From an uncultured Gammaproteobacteria bacterium (GTDB lineage Bacteria > Patescibacteriota > Microgenomatia > Levybacterales > UBA12049): 64,000 bases of DNA. Of the stretch, positions 55,253 through 64,000 are shown piece by piece. The stretch's first letter is position 1, and every line of letters starts with the position of its first letter. The notes below the pieces were generated by a model that was given only the letters and a program-made list of their open reading frames with translations, was not told the DNA's origin and did no database searches. The stretch spans positions 13,827 to 77,826 of the forward strand of contig CAYQEJ010000006.1 in the NCBI GenBank assembly GCA_964416505.1. Reading direction: 5' to 3'. The translations under genes and the position numbers were made by a program.

Positions 55253-56314
55253 CTAAGATTCTTTATCTTCCTTCATCTGCTGAGCTCTTAAATAAAAAGT
55301 GACTAATTGTGCGCTTCTCTTTGCTCCCACTTTTTTTCTAATTTCAGTCAACTTAGCATCATATTCATCCGCTGAAAGATCTAATTTAGTAGCTATATCT
55401 CCTTCCTGAGAATGATAAGTTAAACCATCAACTATTCGCCTTTCTACTTCATCTAAAGAATCAAAAACTTTTGGATCAAAATCATTAGGCACAACGCTTG
55501 CTAAATCTATTATTCCTTTTTCAGAAGCAGCACCAATAGCTGCAAGACTACTCTTAGGTTTTCCCAACCTTATACTCAAACCTCTTAGCTCACGCCTGAC
55601 ATCATGTCTTTTAGCTAAACCTAATTTTCTTTGAATATCCTCCTCCTTTTCTCCTCTGACATATAAATCCAAAACTTGTTGCTGAAGAGGAGTTAATACA
55701 CCTTCAGCTACTTCAAAATTAGACTCTCCACTTCTGACAGGTTTAAATATATTAATTTCTGGTTTTTGAATTCCACTTGATCTGGCTTCTTCTTTTCTTG
55801 CATTAGTTGCACCAAGACCAAAAACAAATATTTGAAAATTATTTCCAGCACCTATATTTCTCCTAATTGCGCCTACTCTTTTCTCAATATCTGCAGCTGG
55901 AATTCTCAATGCAAATGCTATTTCCGGATAATCAGCTCCCATAAGAAGAGAGCTAATTATTTTTCTATCCTGGGGATCAGAAATTCTTGCAAAAATATCT
56001 GGATTAAATCTTTCAGGAAGCACAGAATCAAGAGTTAAGGAACCTCGAGCCAAAAGTTTTTCCAAAGCAGCCCTATTACTACCAACTCCAAGATTTGCTC
56101 GCATTAATCCCAGTCTATTTTTTACATCCATAGCTCTTATTCCCATAACCTCCCCTATTCTTTCATAATCATAACCAGAAGAAAGAAGAACTAATGGCTC
56201 ATATAACGATCCTGAAGCACCCTCTTTTCTTGCAGACATAGGTACGGAAGGACCTTCCTGATTGATAATTTTAATTGGAGTTATACTTGGAAATTCTACC
56301 CGAGGCTCAGCCAT
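55253..56314 (-). CDS. protein with four tandem LuxR/GerE-type HTH-like repeats, GC-rich
   Basis: Repeats of about 70-80 aa each carry an HTH-like core (GYDYERIGEVMGIRAMDVKNRLGLMRANLG; GADYPEIAFALRIPAADIEKRVGAIRRNIG; VRGEKEEDIQRKLGLAKRHDVRRELRGLSIRLG; TYHSQEGDIATKLDLSADEYDAKLTEIRKKVG). Confidence 0.5.
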   Translation of the reverse strand: MAEPRVEFPSITPIKIINQEGPSVPMSARKEGASGSLYEPLVLLSSGYDYERIGEVMGIRAMDVKNRLGLMRANLGVGSNRAALEKLLARGSLTLDSVLPERFNPDIFARISDPQDRKIISSLLMGADYPEIAFALRIPAADIEKRVGAIRRNIGAGNNFQIFVFGLGATNARKEEARSSGIQKPEINIFKPVRSGESNFEVAEGVLTPLQQQVLDLYVRGEKEEDIQRKLGLAKRHDVRRELRGLSIRLGKPKSSLAAIGAASEKGIIDLASVVPNDFDPKVFDSLDEVERRIVDGLTYHSQEGDIATKLDLSADEYDAKLTEIRKKVGAKRSAQLVTFYLRAQQMKEDKES

Positions 56315-56349
56315 ATTATTATTCTATTTGAAATAAACTTATCTAACAA

Positions 56350-57798
56350 CTAGAATGGCTTTTTTCTTACATGATAGATTTTCGCTGTACCAAACTCTTT
56401 ATATTTTTCAATGGTTCCATCTTTTTCCATATTATTTAGGCCTGAAATAAAATCTTCACGATTCGCCAAAAGATTTATAATGTTCCATTCCGGAGAAGTA
56501 TCAACAATTAAATACTTTGGATCTCCTGCCCACTTAAACCATTTACAATTTTTTTCACTGCATGGGGAATTTTTAGAAAAATCTTTTCCATCTCCCCACA
56601 TAGTTACTATCAACCCTCTATTTGAAACATGCGGAGAAATATTTACCTGAGTAACTATATATGCATCCTTGGGAATAGCATTAATTGCCATTTTTATATT
56701 CTCAACTCCAGACGGTTTTGTCCAAAACCATGATTTAGATAAATAAGTCAAAGGAGCATGCAAAACATAAGTTGTAAAACATGCAAAAAACAATATGTAA
56801 ATACTTAAATATTTATTATTTAGTTTTTTAAATTTCCCAATCACCAAAATTAATGGCCAAACTAAAAGAATAGAATCAGTTACTCGATAGTGAAGAAAAA
56901 TGCTTTGAGCAGATGTGACCGTATTATTTCCTAAAATAAAATAATGCGCCAAGTCTCCAAGATATGGAATTAGAAATAAAGGATTTAACAGGGGCAAAAA
57001 ACCAAAAGAGTTCAAAGTATAAAAAATAACTTGCCTTTTCTCTGGAGTATTAAAAAAATTAAATAAATTAATATCTGATAAAAGTCCATTTTCGTTTGCA
57101 AATCTATAGCCACCTACAAAATGCGGAAAATAAATAAAGAAAATTCCAGATAAATAAATAACAGAAACAACCATAAGCAAAAAATTTATTTTCCGTTTAT
57201 TAAAAATTAGATAGACAAATGAAATTAGAAAAGTTAAAAGGGCAATATCTTCTTTAGAGGTTATTGCAAAAAAGAAAAATAAAATTGTTAGCCATTTGTT
57301 ATTTTTATCTAAAAAGTAAATAAAAAATGTTAAAAAACTTGCTCCAAAAACCAAACTGTGAACATCCGACCACAATGCATTTTGAACCCCAAAAAAAGTA
57401 AAGTAAGAAAAAAGAAGCGAAAGAGAAAGAAATTTGTTAATTTTATATTTCCTTGCCAATAAGTAAACAGGGATTCCGGAAAATGAAAATAAAATAGATT
57501 GCAATAAAATTAATGTTTCAGAATTGGGATGAATCCAATAAAAAGGAGAAAGAATTAAAAGAATAAACTCAATATGATCCCAAAAGACAGGAGTAAATGC
57601 ATAAGCATGAACCGTAGAATTCGGAAATGCAAAATGACTATACTGCCAAACTGATTGATTAATTACAGCTAAATCATAACCTGATAAAAAATGAAAATGT
57701 TTTACAAGACCTAATACTAAATATGCAATAAAAAAAATAAAACAAATTAAAATGGCAAAATAATTTTCTTTTATAAAATTAGCTAAAAAACTTCTCAT
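56350..57798 (-). CDS. DUF2079-like polytopic membrane protein (putative GT-C-type glycosyltransferase)
   Basis: About 12 TM helices. N-terminal loop SGYDLAVINQSVWQYS resembles DUF2079 family proteins. Large C-terminal soluble region. Confidence 0.5.
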   Translation of the reverse strand: MRSFLANFIKENYFAILICFIFFIAYLVLGLVKHFHFLSGYDLAVINQSVWQYSHFAFPNSTVHAYAFTPVFWDHIEFILLILSPFYWIHPNSETLILLQSILFSFSGIPVYLLARKYKINKFLSLSLLFSYFTFFGVQNALWSDVHSLVFGASFLTFFIYFLDKNNKWLTILFFFFAITSKEDIALLTFLISFVYLIFNKRKINFLLMVVSVIYLSGIFFIYFPHFVGGYRFANENGLLSDINLFNFFNTPEKRQVIFYTLNSFGFLPLLNPLFLIPYLGDLAHYFILGNNTVTSAQSIFLHYRVTDSILLVWPLILVIGKFKKLNNKYLSIYILFFACFTTYVLHAPLTYLSKSWFWTKPSGVENIKMAINAIPKDAYIVTQVNISPHVSNRGLIVTMWGDGKDFSKNSPCSEKNCKWFKWAGDPKYLIVDTSPEWNIINLLANREDFISGLNNMEKDGTIEKYKEFGTAKIYHVRKKPF

Positions 57799-57847
57799 CT
57801 CAATCTAAATGATTGCATTTTTGTAACAATTTTACTACTGTTAGCTT

Positions 57848-58363
57848 ATGGCCTCATTCATTTTTATTATCATAAGCTCTCTTGTTGTTTATCTATTTAT
57901 TATTACTGCAATTAGAGTTTTTGGAAAAAGAGAAATATCTCAATTATCAGTTATTGATTTGGTATTTATACTTCTTATAAGTAATGCTGTGCAAAACGCA
58001 ATGGTCGGGGGAAATACAGATTTACTAATTGGCGGACTAATTGCTGCTGCAACACTTTTTATTTCCAATTATTTTTTGGGAGAAATTTTCTACAGATCAA
58101 AAGCGATAAGCAAACTAATTCAGGGTGAACCACTCATGCTTATATATGAAGGGAAACCAATACTTGATCATTTAAAAAAAGCAAAAATTTCCAATGACGA
58201 ACTTGAAGCTGCAATAAGAGAACACGGAGTTGCCAATATTTCCGAAGTGGACTTGGCAGTACTCGAACGAGATGGAAATATAAGCGTATTATCAAATAAT
58301 TACAAAAATAAAACGACTAAAAAAAGAAAGGGAAATAAGATTTTTTCTAGAGAAATAATGTAA
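57848..58363 (+). CDS. DUF421/YetF-family membrane protein
   Basis: ITAIRVFGKREISQLSVIDLVFILLISNAVQNAM is typical of YetF N-terminal membrane domain. C-terminal soluble YetF-like domain. Confidence 0.65.
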   Translation: MASFIFIIISSLVVYLFIITAIRVFGKREISQLSVIDLVFILLISNAVQNAMVGGNTDLLIGGLIAAATLFISNYFLGEIFYRSKAISKLIQGEPLMLIYEGKPILDHLKKAKISNDELEAAIREHGVANISEVDLAVLERDGNISVLSNNYKNKTTKKRKGNKIFSREIM

Positions 58364-58528
58364 TTAAGGGGTTGCTACTCCAAGAACCGCTTGACCGAAA
58401 GAAGAATAAAGAAGAAATGCTCCGATTAAGACTCCTACCATACCAGCAAGCATAGTAAATAAAACTACTCCCATCGCATTTTGATCTGTATAAAGCTTAA
58501 AGTGTCTGTATTGCTTCTTCTTTGCCAT
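58364..58528 (-). CDS. possible small membrane protein (54 aa), not in the ORF track
   Basis: Manual translation: MAKKKQYRHFKLYTDQNAMGVVLFTMLAGMVGVLIGAFLLYSSFGQAVLGVATP, one TM helix. Could be spurious. Confidence 0.25.
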   Translation of the reverse strand: MAKKKQYRHFKLYTDQNAMGVVLFTMLAGMVGVLIGAFLLYSSFGQAVLGVATP

Positions 58529-58570
58529 AATTTAATTAAGAACCAATTCAAAATCTTTGTCAAGAGGATT

Positions 58571-59041
58571 TTAAAGTGACTGTGCTACTGCAATTATCGG
58601 CTCTGGAGAATTTCCGGCTTTAAGCCATACAACCGGAGAAACTGGTCTCTCTTCAATTAAAAGACCAGAATCTGGTAAAGTAAGATAATTCACAACCCCT
58701 ACAGGATGCAAATCTTGCCTTATATGCGGAAATACCTCACTTAACCCTTCAATCAGTCCGGCAGTGCCTTCTGCGGATTGTGCAAACTGGAATCCTGGAA
58801 TAACGGGACCATTTGGAGTTGGAATTGAAAAAATAGCTCTTTCCGCAATCTTTGCATCGACCTCGCCCGGCCCTATATTTAGCAACCTTGCCACTTCAAT
58901 TGGACTCAAACCTGAGCCGATTAGCTGCCTAAGTTTTATCTGCGCATCCACTGAAGCCATTACTTCAGCAGAAACTGGCCCATCTACCGATAAACCAATT
59001 CTAGCTAATTCCTTTATCTGATCTTCACTTAGTCTCTCCAT
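58571..59041 (-). CDS. hypothetical protein (156 aa), GC-rich, N-terminal HTH-like segment
   Basis: LSPIEVARLLNIGPGEVDAKIAE resembles the repeat unit of the 55253..56314 protein. No other motif. Confidence 0.4.
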   Translation of the reverse strand: MERLSEDQIKELARIGLSVDGPVSAEVMASVDAQIKLRQLIGSGLSPIEVARLLNIGPGEVDAKIAERAIFSIPTPNGPVIPGFQFAQSAEGTAGLIEGLSEVFPHIRQDLHPVGVVNYLTLPDSGLLIEERPVSPVVWLKAGNSPEPIIAVAQSL

Positions 59042-59095
59042 TGATTGGTAAGTCTATCACTATTTATTCTTATAATCAAAAGTTATAATAAAAAC

Positions 59096-59899
59096 ATGAT
59101 AGACGTTCATTGTCATTTAAATTTTAAATCTTTTACCCAAGATTATAGAGAAGTCATAAAAAAGGCAGAGGAAGACGGTATAGATTTTATAATTAACACT
59201 GGGACAAGTATTGAATCTAGCAAGCGCGCAGTTGAACTAGCAGAAGAATTTCCCAATCTGTATGCAATAATCGGGGTTCATCCTCACCATGCAGATAAAG
59301 TAAAAGATAATTTCGTAGATGAACTTGAAAAAATCGCTAAATCATCAAATAAGGTTGTTGGAGTTGGAGAAATTGGTTTGGACTATTTTTCTTATGCCTC
59401 GAATGGAATAGTTGAACCTAAACTTCAAAAGGAGGTTTTTATTTCTCAGTTAGAACTCGCGAATAAATTAAATCTTCCACTTCAGATTCACAATAGACAA
59501 GCGGGAAATGATATTTTAGAAATTTTAAATTCCCATAAAAATCTTATAAAACAAAATCCACCTGGAATGTTTCACTGTATGTCAGGAGATATTGATTTTC
59601 TTAAGAAGGTTTTGGAACTTGGATTCTATGTAGGATTTGACGGAAATATTACTTATGAAGGGATTGCAAAAGGCGAAAATACTCCCTTGCCTGAGCTTAT
59701 TAAGATTGCTCCAATCGAAAGAATAGTTACTGAAACAGACTCTCCGTATTTAACCCCTGAACCCTATAGGCGTAGTAGGAATGTGCCTTCCTATGTTATA
59801 ATTGTGGCTAGAACTATAGCTAAAATAAAAGCTATTTCGCAAGATTCCGTCCAACTTTCTACAGTTCAAAACGCAAAAAATATTTTCAAATTAATATGA
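59096..59899 (+). CDS. TatD-family metal-dependent hydrolase (DNase)
   Basis: MIDVHCHLNF, GVHPHH, GEIGLDY and a downstream Asp ligand (ETDSPY). Start taken at the ATG encoding MIDVH. The ORF-track 5' extension is probably not translated. Confidence 0.8.
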   Translation: MIDVHCHLNFKSFTQDYREVIKKAEEDGIDFIINTGTSIESSKRAVELAEEFPNLYAIIGVHPHHADKVKDNFVDELEKIAKSSNKVVGVGEIGLDYFSYASNGIVEPKLQKEVFISQLELANKLNLPLQIHNRQAGNDILEILNSHKNLIKQNPPGMFHCMSGDIDFLKKVLELGFYVGFDGNITYEGIAKGENTPLPELIKIAPIERIVTETDSPYLTPEPYRRSRNVPSYVIIVARTIAKIKAISQDSVQLSTVQNAKNIFKLI

Positions 59900-61389
59900 C
59901 AGAATTTTTTAATATAATTTTTACACGCTACCCAGTAAAAACACATAGATCTCTCTTGGCACTACCTGGTATCATCTCCTGGACACTGATTCTTTTTCCA
60001 GTATGGGGCGCTATTTTTGTACCTTATATAGTTGCCTATTTTATACTTTTCTTCGACGTTTACTGGTTTTACAGATCATTTTCTTTAATGTTTACAGCAT
60101 ACATTGGATCTAAAAAAATAAAAGAAGCCGAAAAAGAAAATTGGTTAGAAAAAGCGCAAAAACATCCAGAGTTTAAAAAAATTAATCACATCATAATAGT
60201 ACCCAATTATAAAGAGACCGAGGAAAAACTTAGAAGAATCGTGGGAACAATTACGGCCCAAACTTTCCCTCTAGAAAGAATTCATGTAGTTTTAGCAATG
60301 GAAAAACGTGAAGAGGAAGGACGCAAAAAAGCAAACAAAATAATAAAGGAGTTTGAAAATATTTTCGGAGGAATATATGCAACATACCACCCAGATATTC
60401 CTGGTGAAGTAAAAGGAAAATCTTCAAATGAATCTTTTGCTGGAAAAGAAATAAACAAAATTCTTATTGATTCTAATCTAATAGATGTTAATTTCACGAC
60501 TGTTACTACAGCAGATGCAGACTCTATGTTCGACAGACAATATTTCTCTTACCTTGCTTACGACTTCTTAAGAGAAAATAAAAGATATAATAGATTCTGG
60601 CAATCAGCAAATGTTGATCATAATAATTTCTGGAGTGTTCCAGCTGCAAGCCGTGTATTTTCATTTTTCTCAAGTCTTCATAGAACCGGACTTTTAGTTC
60701 AGGGCGATCGATTAATTGCAACCTCTACTTATTCGCTCTCTTTTCTACTACTTAAAAGAATAGGTTATTGGGATACAGACGTTATTCCTGAAGATTATAG
60801 GGTTTATTTTAAAGCCTATTTTATGATGAAAGGTGATTTAGCTGCAAATCCAATCTTCCTGAAAACATCTATGGATTCTCCTCTTTCTCCCACATACATA
60901 GGTAGCTTAAAAAATAAATATTCCCAAATTAGACGTTGGTCTTATGGAGCGAGCGATGATCCAATATTTATAAAATGGTGGCTTACGGTTCCTGGAGTTC
61001 CATTCATAAGAAAAACAAAAATTCTTTTTCATGTTTTACTAGACCACTTCCTCTGGCCTGCCAACTGGTTTATTCTAACAATAGCAACAAGCGTAATCAC
61101 GCTACTTAATCCACAATTTTCAAGAACCTCATTAGGCTACAGTCTTCCAGTACTAGCAAGAATTATTCTAACTACTTCTCTCATAGCATTAGTTGTTATG
61201 ATAGTAATAGATTATAGAAATAGACCAAAACATTTAAGTAAATCAAGATTTAGAGAACTTATGTTTCCGTTAGAATTTATACTTATGCCAATTGCAGGAT
61301 TTTTTCTAAATTCTCTTCCTGCAATTATTTCACATACTCAACTTATGCTAGGGAAAAAAATGGAATACAAAGTGACTGAAAAATTATGA
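59896..61389 (+). CDS. membrane glycosyltransferase family 2, processive (cellulose/chitin-synthase-like)
   Basis: N-terminal TMs, DxD-type region (TVTTADADSMFD), QxxRW motif (QIRRWSYGASDD) and C-terminal TMs. Start overlaps the TatD stop. Confidence 0.7.
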   Translation: MTEFFNIIFTRYPVKTHRSLLALPGIISWTLILFPVWGAIFVPYIVAYFILFFDVYWFYRSFSLMFTAYIGSKKIKEAEKENWLEKAQKHPEFKKINHIIIVPNYKETEEKLRRIVGTITAQTFPLERIHVVLAMEKREEEGRKKANKIIKEFENIFGGIYATYHPDIPGEVKGKSSNESFAGKEINKILIDSNLIDVNFTTVTTADADSMFDRQYFSYLAYDFLRENKRYNRFWQSANVDHNNFWSVPAASRVFSFFSSLHRTGLLVQGDRLIATSTYSLSFLLLKRIGYWDTDVIPEDYRVYFKAYFMMKGDLAANPIFLKTSMDSPLSPTYIGSLKNKYSQIRRWSYGASDDPIFIKWWLTVPGVPFIRKTKILFHVLLDHFLWPANWFILTIATSVITLLNPQFSRTSLGYSLPVLARIILTTSLIALVVMIVIDYRNRPKHLSKSRFRELMFPLEFILMPIAGFFLNSLPAIISHTQLMLGKKMEYKVTEKL

Positions 61390-62843
61390 AATTGATAACG
61401 CGACTTGAGAAAAGCGCATCTTTCTGGTTTCTTATAATTGCATCATTATTTTTCTTTCTTTTTCGCTGGCCTTCTCTTTTTGAACCTTATTGGTATGGAG
61501 ATGAAGGAATTTATCAAGCACTTGGAATTTTAATAAGAAATGGCGCTTCGTTATATTCAGAGGCTTGGGACAATAAACCTCCCCTTTTATATGTAATTTA
61601 TGCAATTTTCAATTCTGATCAGTTTGCTCTTCGTACGCTTTCTTTAATTTTTGGATTAGCTTCAGTTTGGGCCTTTTTCTTTACAGCAAGAAAACTTTTT
61701 CCAAAAACAAAATGGGCCACATATATTTCAACAGGAATTTACACATTTGCATTTGGAACAAGAATAGTAGAAGGAAATATTGCTAACGCAGAAAACTTTA
61801 TGCTTCTACCTATTATTACAAGCGCATATCTAATAGTGTCGGGAGAATTTGTAAAAAAAGCGTGGCATTTTAAATTTCATCTCCTAGCAGGATTTTTATT
61901 AAGCCTCGCTTTTCTTACAAAGATCGTAGCAGCATTTGATTTCCTTGCTCTACTTTTCTTTATATTAATTGATCATGAAAAAGATCTTAGCGATAAAATA
62001 AAACTTAGAACTATTCCATATATTATTGGATTTAGCGCTCCGATCCTTGTAACTCTTGGCTACTTTTTTGTAACAAATAATTTCAAAGACACGTTAAATG
62101 CATTCTTATTTAGCAATGTGGGATATGTTGGATACGGAAATCAATTTATAATTCCTCAAGGATTACTTTATATAAAAGCTGGACTTTTAGGAACTTTCTT
62201 AGCATTTCTTTTTTTCAAGAGAAAAAAAATTCCAAGAAATATTTTATTAGTTAGCGCATGGTTTTCTTTTTCTCTTTTCAGCGCATTTTTTGCTCAAAGA
62301 CCTTATACGCATTACATGATTATGCTTCTTCCGAGCTTTTCTTTAATGATTGCTGCAATTATAGAAGAAAGGAAAACAAGAATTTTCTTAATAATATTTT
62401 TAATTGCGGGATATATCGCTGTAATTAATACATTTAATTTAAAAGGAAAAATTATTCAACACTATACAAACCTCATTGCATTTTGCTCAAGCAAAAAAGA
62501 CGTTTCCAGCTATCAGTCTTTTTTCGACAGAAACACTCCAAGAGATTATGAGTTAGCAAGATATATAAAAGCAAACACCACCAAAGAAGACACAATTTTC
62601 ATTTGGGGAAACAATGCGCAAGTATACAAATTAGCAGAAAAAACTCCAATAATGAGATATACTGTCGCTTATCATATAACTAACTATCCTACGGGATTAA
62701 CTGAAATGGATATTGCTATAAAAACAAAAAAACCCAAATTTATTATTGTTATGCCGAATGCAGGAGATTATCCTCTTTCCTTAACAGATTATGATAAAAA
62801 AATAAATATTAGAGGAGCAGAAATTTATGAAAAAATATTTTGA
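61386..62843 (+). CDS. GT-C fold glycosyltransferase (ArnT/PMT-like)
   Basis: About 11 TM helices. First-loop acidic motif YWYGDEGIY is typical of GT39/GT83-type enzymes. Confidence 0.55.
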   Translation: MKLITRLEKSASFWFLIIASLFFFLFRWPSLFEPYWYGDEGIYQALGILIRNGASLYSEAWDNKPPLLYVIYAIFNSDQFALRTLSLIFGLASVWAFFFTARKLFPKTKWATYISTGIYTFAFGTRIVEGNIANAENFMLLPIITSAYLIVSGEFVKKAWHFKFHLLAGFLLSLAFLTKIVAAFDFLALLFFILIDHEKDLSDKIKLRTIPYIIGFSAPILVTLGYFFVTNNFKDTLNAFLFSNVGYVGYGNQFIIPQGLLYIKAGLLGTFLAFLFFKRKKIPRNILLVSAWFSFSLFSAFFAQRPYTHYMIMLLPSFSLMIAAIIEERKTRIFLIIFLIAGYIAVINTFNLKGKIIQHYTNLIAFCSSKKDVSSYQSFFDRNTPRDYELARYIKANTTKEDTIFIWGNNAQVYKLAEKTPIMRYTVAYHITNYPTGLTEMDIAIKTKKPKFIIVMPNAGDYPLSLTDYDKKINIRGAEIYEKIF

Positions 62844-63180
62844 ATACATTAAAAAAGATAGGTTAATTTTCAGACTTTATATTATTTCTTTCCTATTCAT
62901 TTTAATCACAATTATTTTTATTGTTCTTACTTATTCAAAATTACCCCCTTTAATTCCCATGTATAATCAACTTCCATGGGGAGAAAATAGACTTAGCTCA
63001 ACCTTGGGAATATTTATTCCTTCAATAATAGTATTTGGAATGTTTGTGGCAAATATTGCTTTATCTGGATTAAGCTATTCACATTCTCCCCTAATTGCAA
63101 GATTGATTTCCGTAACTACATTTTTAATTATTATTCTTAATTCGCTTTTTATTTTTAGAACTATACTTTTAATAATCTGA
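62827..63180 (+). CDS. small membrane protein, hypothetical
   Basis: Three predicted TM helices. Overlaps both neighbours. Confidence 0.4.
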   Translation: MKKYFEYIKKDRLIFRLYIISFLFILITIIFIVLTYSKLPPLIPMYNQLPWGENRLSSTLGIFIPSIIVFGMFVANIALSGLSYSHSPLIARLISVTTFLIIILNSLFIFRTILLII

Positions 63181-64000
63181 TGGGGGATATTTTCAATATT
63201 CATATTTTTTTACCGTTTATTTTTGCGCTTATTTCAACAGCAATTTTTACTCCAATTTCAATTATTATCTTTAAAAAAATGGGCATCATAGATGACCCAA
63301 AAGTAAGACGGCATCCGGCTGTGATTCACTCAAAACCAATTCCCAGAGGAGGTGGAGTTCCTCTTTTTCTAGGAGCTCTTATCTCCGCATTTATTTTTCT
63401 CCCACATACAGCAATTACAAATACTATTTTCTTAGCATCATTTATATCTCTTATAGTTGGATTTATGGATGATAAGCTTGATATTTCTCCTTATGTTAGA
63501 TTTATAGTAAATATTTTTTGTGCAGTACTAGTAGTCGCATTTGGAGTTAGCGTAAATTTTATCACCAATCCGCTTGGAGGAATTTTATTCTTAAATGAAT
63601 TAAAAGTTCCATTTAGCATTCTTGGTATTTCTGGATTCATATCGCTTGCTCAAGTCGTTGCGGTTCTTTGGATTGTGTGGGTTATGAATATGCTTAACTG
63701 GAGTAAAGGTGTCGATGGGCAAATGCCAGGAATAGTCGCAATATCAGCAATATTTATCGGAATTCTTAGCTTAAGATTTGGACTGGGAGACTCCCTAACC
63801 CAGACAACAACAACTCTTTCTTTCATAATAGCTGGATGTGCTATTGGATTCTTAATATACAATTTTCATCCAGCAAAAATATTCCCTGGATACGGAGCAA
63901 CTTCTATTTATCTTCTACTTGCGGTAGTATCAATCCTTTCCAGCGCAAAACTAGCAACTGCAATTCTTGTAATGGGTGTCCCTCTTGCAGATGGAGCGTT
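63180..64000 (+). CDS. polyprenyl-phosphate N-acetylhexosamine-1-phosphate transferase family (WecA/MraY-like), 3' end outside window
   Basis: Manual translation from the ATG overlapping the upstream stop (TGATG). DDxxD-type loop (MDDKLDI), NMLNWSKGVDGQ (compare NxxNxxDGxDG) and IFPGYGAT. Not in the ORF track because it runs off the window. Confidence 0.7.
   Translation, partial: MGDIFNIHIFLPFIFALISTAIFTPISIIIFKKMGIIDDPKVRRHPAVIHSKPIPRGGGVPLFLGALISAFIFLPHTAITNTIFLASFISLIVGFMDDKLDISPYVRFIVNIFCAVLVVAFGVSVNFITNPLGGILFLNELKVPFSILGISGFISLAQVVAVLWIVWVMNMLNWSKGVDGQMPGIVAISAIFIGILSLRFGLGDSLTQTTTTLSFIIAGCAIGFLIYNFHPAKIFPGYGATSIYLLLAVVSILSSAKLATAILVMGVPLADGA

Noticed and set aside
1-64000. Alternative genetic code (UGA recoding, code 25/4), as seen in some CPR lineages
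   Set aside because: Long housekeeping ORFs (dnaK, pnp, glmS, ftsK) terminate at expected lengths under the standard code with TGA used as stop, so the standard code fits.

Overview
The window is AT-rich (roughly 30-35% GC by eye) and densely coded on both strands. Gene content and style suggest a reduced-genome bacterium of the CPR/Patescibacteria type, read in the standard genetic code: the core enzymes are minimal or truncated and there are many small secreted or membrane proteins. No rRNA, tRNA or CRISPR array was recognised.

Housekeeping backbone, read by eye from the ORF translations:
- alaS (short form without the C-Ala domain)
- ftsK
- RNase J
- a minus-strand nusA - infB - DHH-like - rpsO - pnp operon
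- hrcA-grpE-dnaK preceded by a CIRCE-like inverted repeat
- a class II dnaJ elsewhere
- glmS
- metG
- tatC and an unlisted 58-aa tatA
- pyrC and a DHODH-family gene
- a lone GC-rich homoserine dehydrogenase
- a LOG-family gene
- TatD
- thymidine phosphorylase
- MltG
- an FKBP PPIase
- a sortase

The last ~8 kb is a glycan/envelope cluster: a DUF2079-like gene, a GT2 gene with QxxRW, an ArnT/PMT-like GT-C gene and a WecA/MraY-family gene running off the window end.

Accessory or unusual content:
1. A compositionally atypical (~45% GC), tightly coupled 3-gene cassette at 37958-40735. It encodes a 725-aa Thr/Ser/Gly/Ala-rich protein with no signal peptide and is the best candidate for an undescribed or horizontally acquired system.
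2. An M48 (HtpX-like) metalloprotease fused to a signal-peptidase-I-like domain whose catalytic Ser/Lys positions appear substituted.
3. A membrane-anchored ClpA/B-type double AAA+ protein with a degenerate NBD1 Walker B and a possible upstream frameshifted extension.
4. An FtsA/PilM-like actin-fold domain fused to a TM helix and a large extracellular domain, overlapping a sortase gene.
5. A Lon-derived AAA+ module with no N-domain and no protease domain.
6. A DHH-family protein with DHH changed to DKA, in the nusA-infB-rpsO-pnp operon.
7. tatC-tatA translationally coupled to a 1043-aa tandem-repeat surface protein ending in an SH3b domain.
8. Several other GC-rich genes, including a 4x LuxR-HTH repeat protein.

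All family assignments are by eye from the translations. None has been checked against a database.
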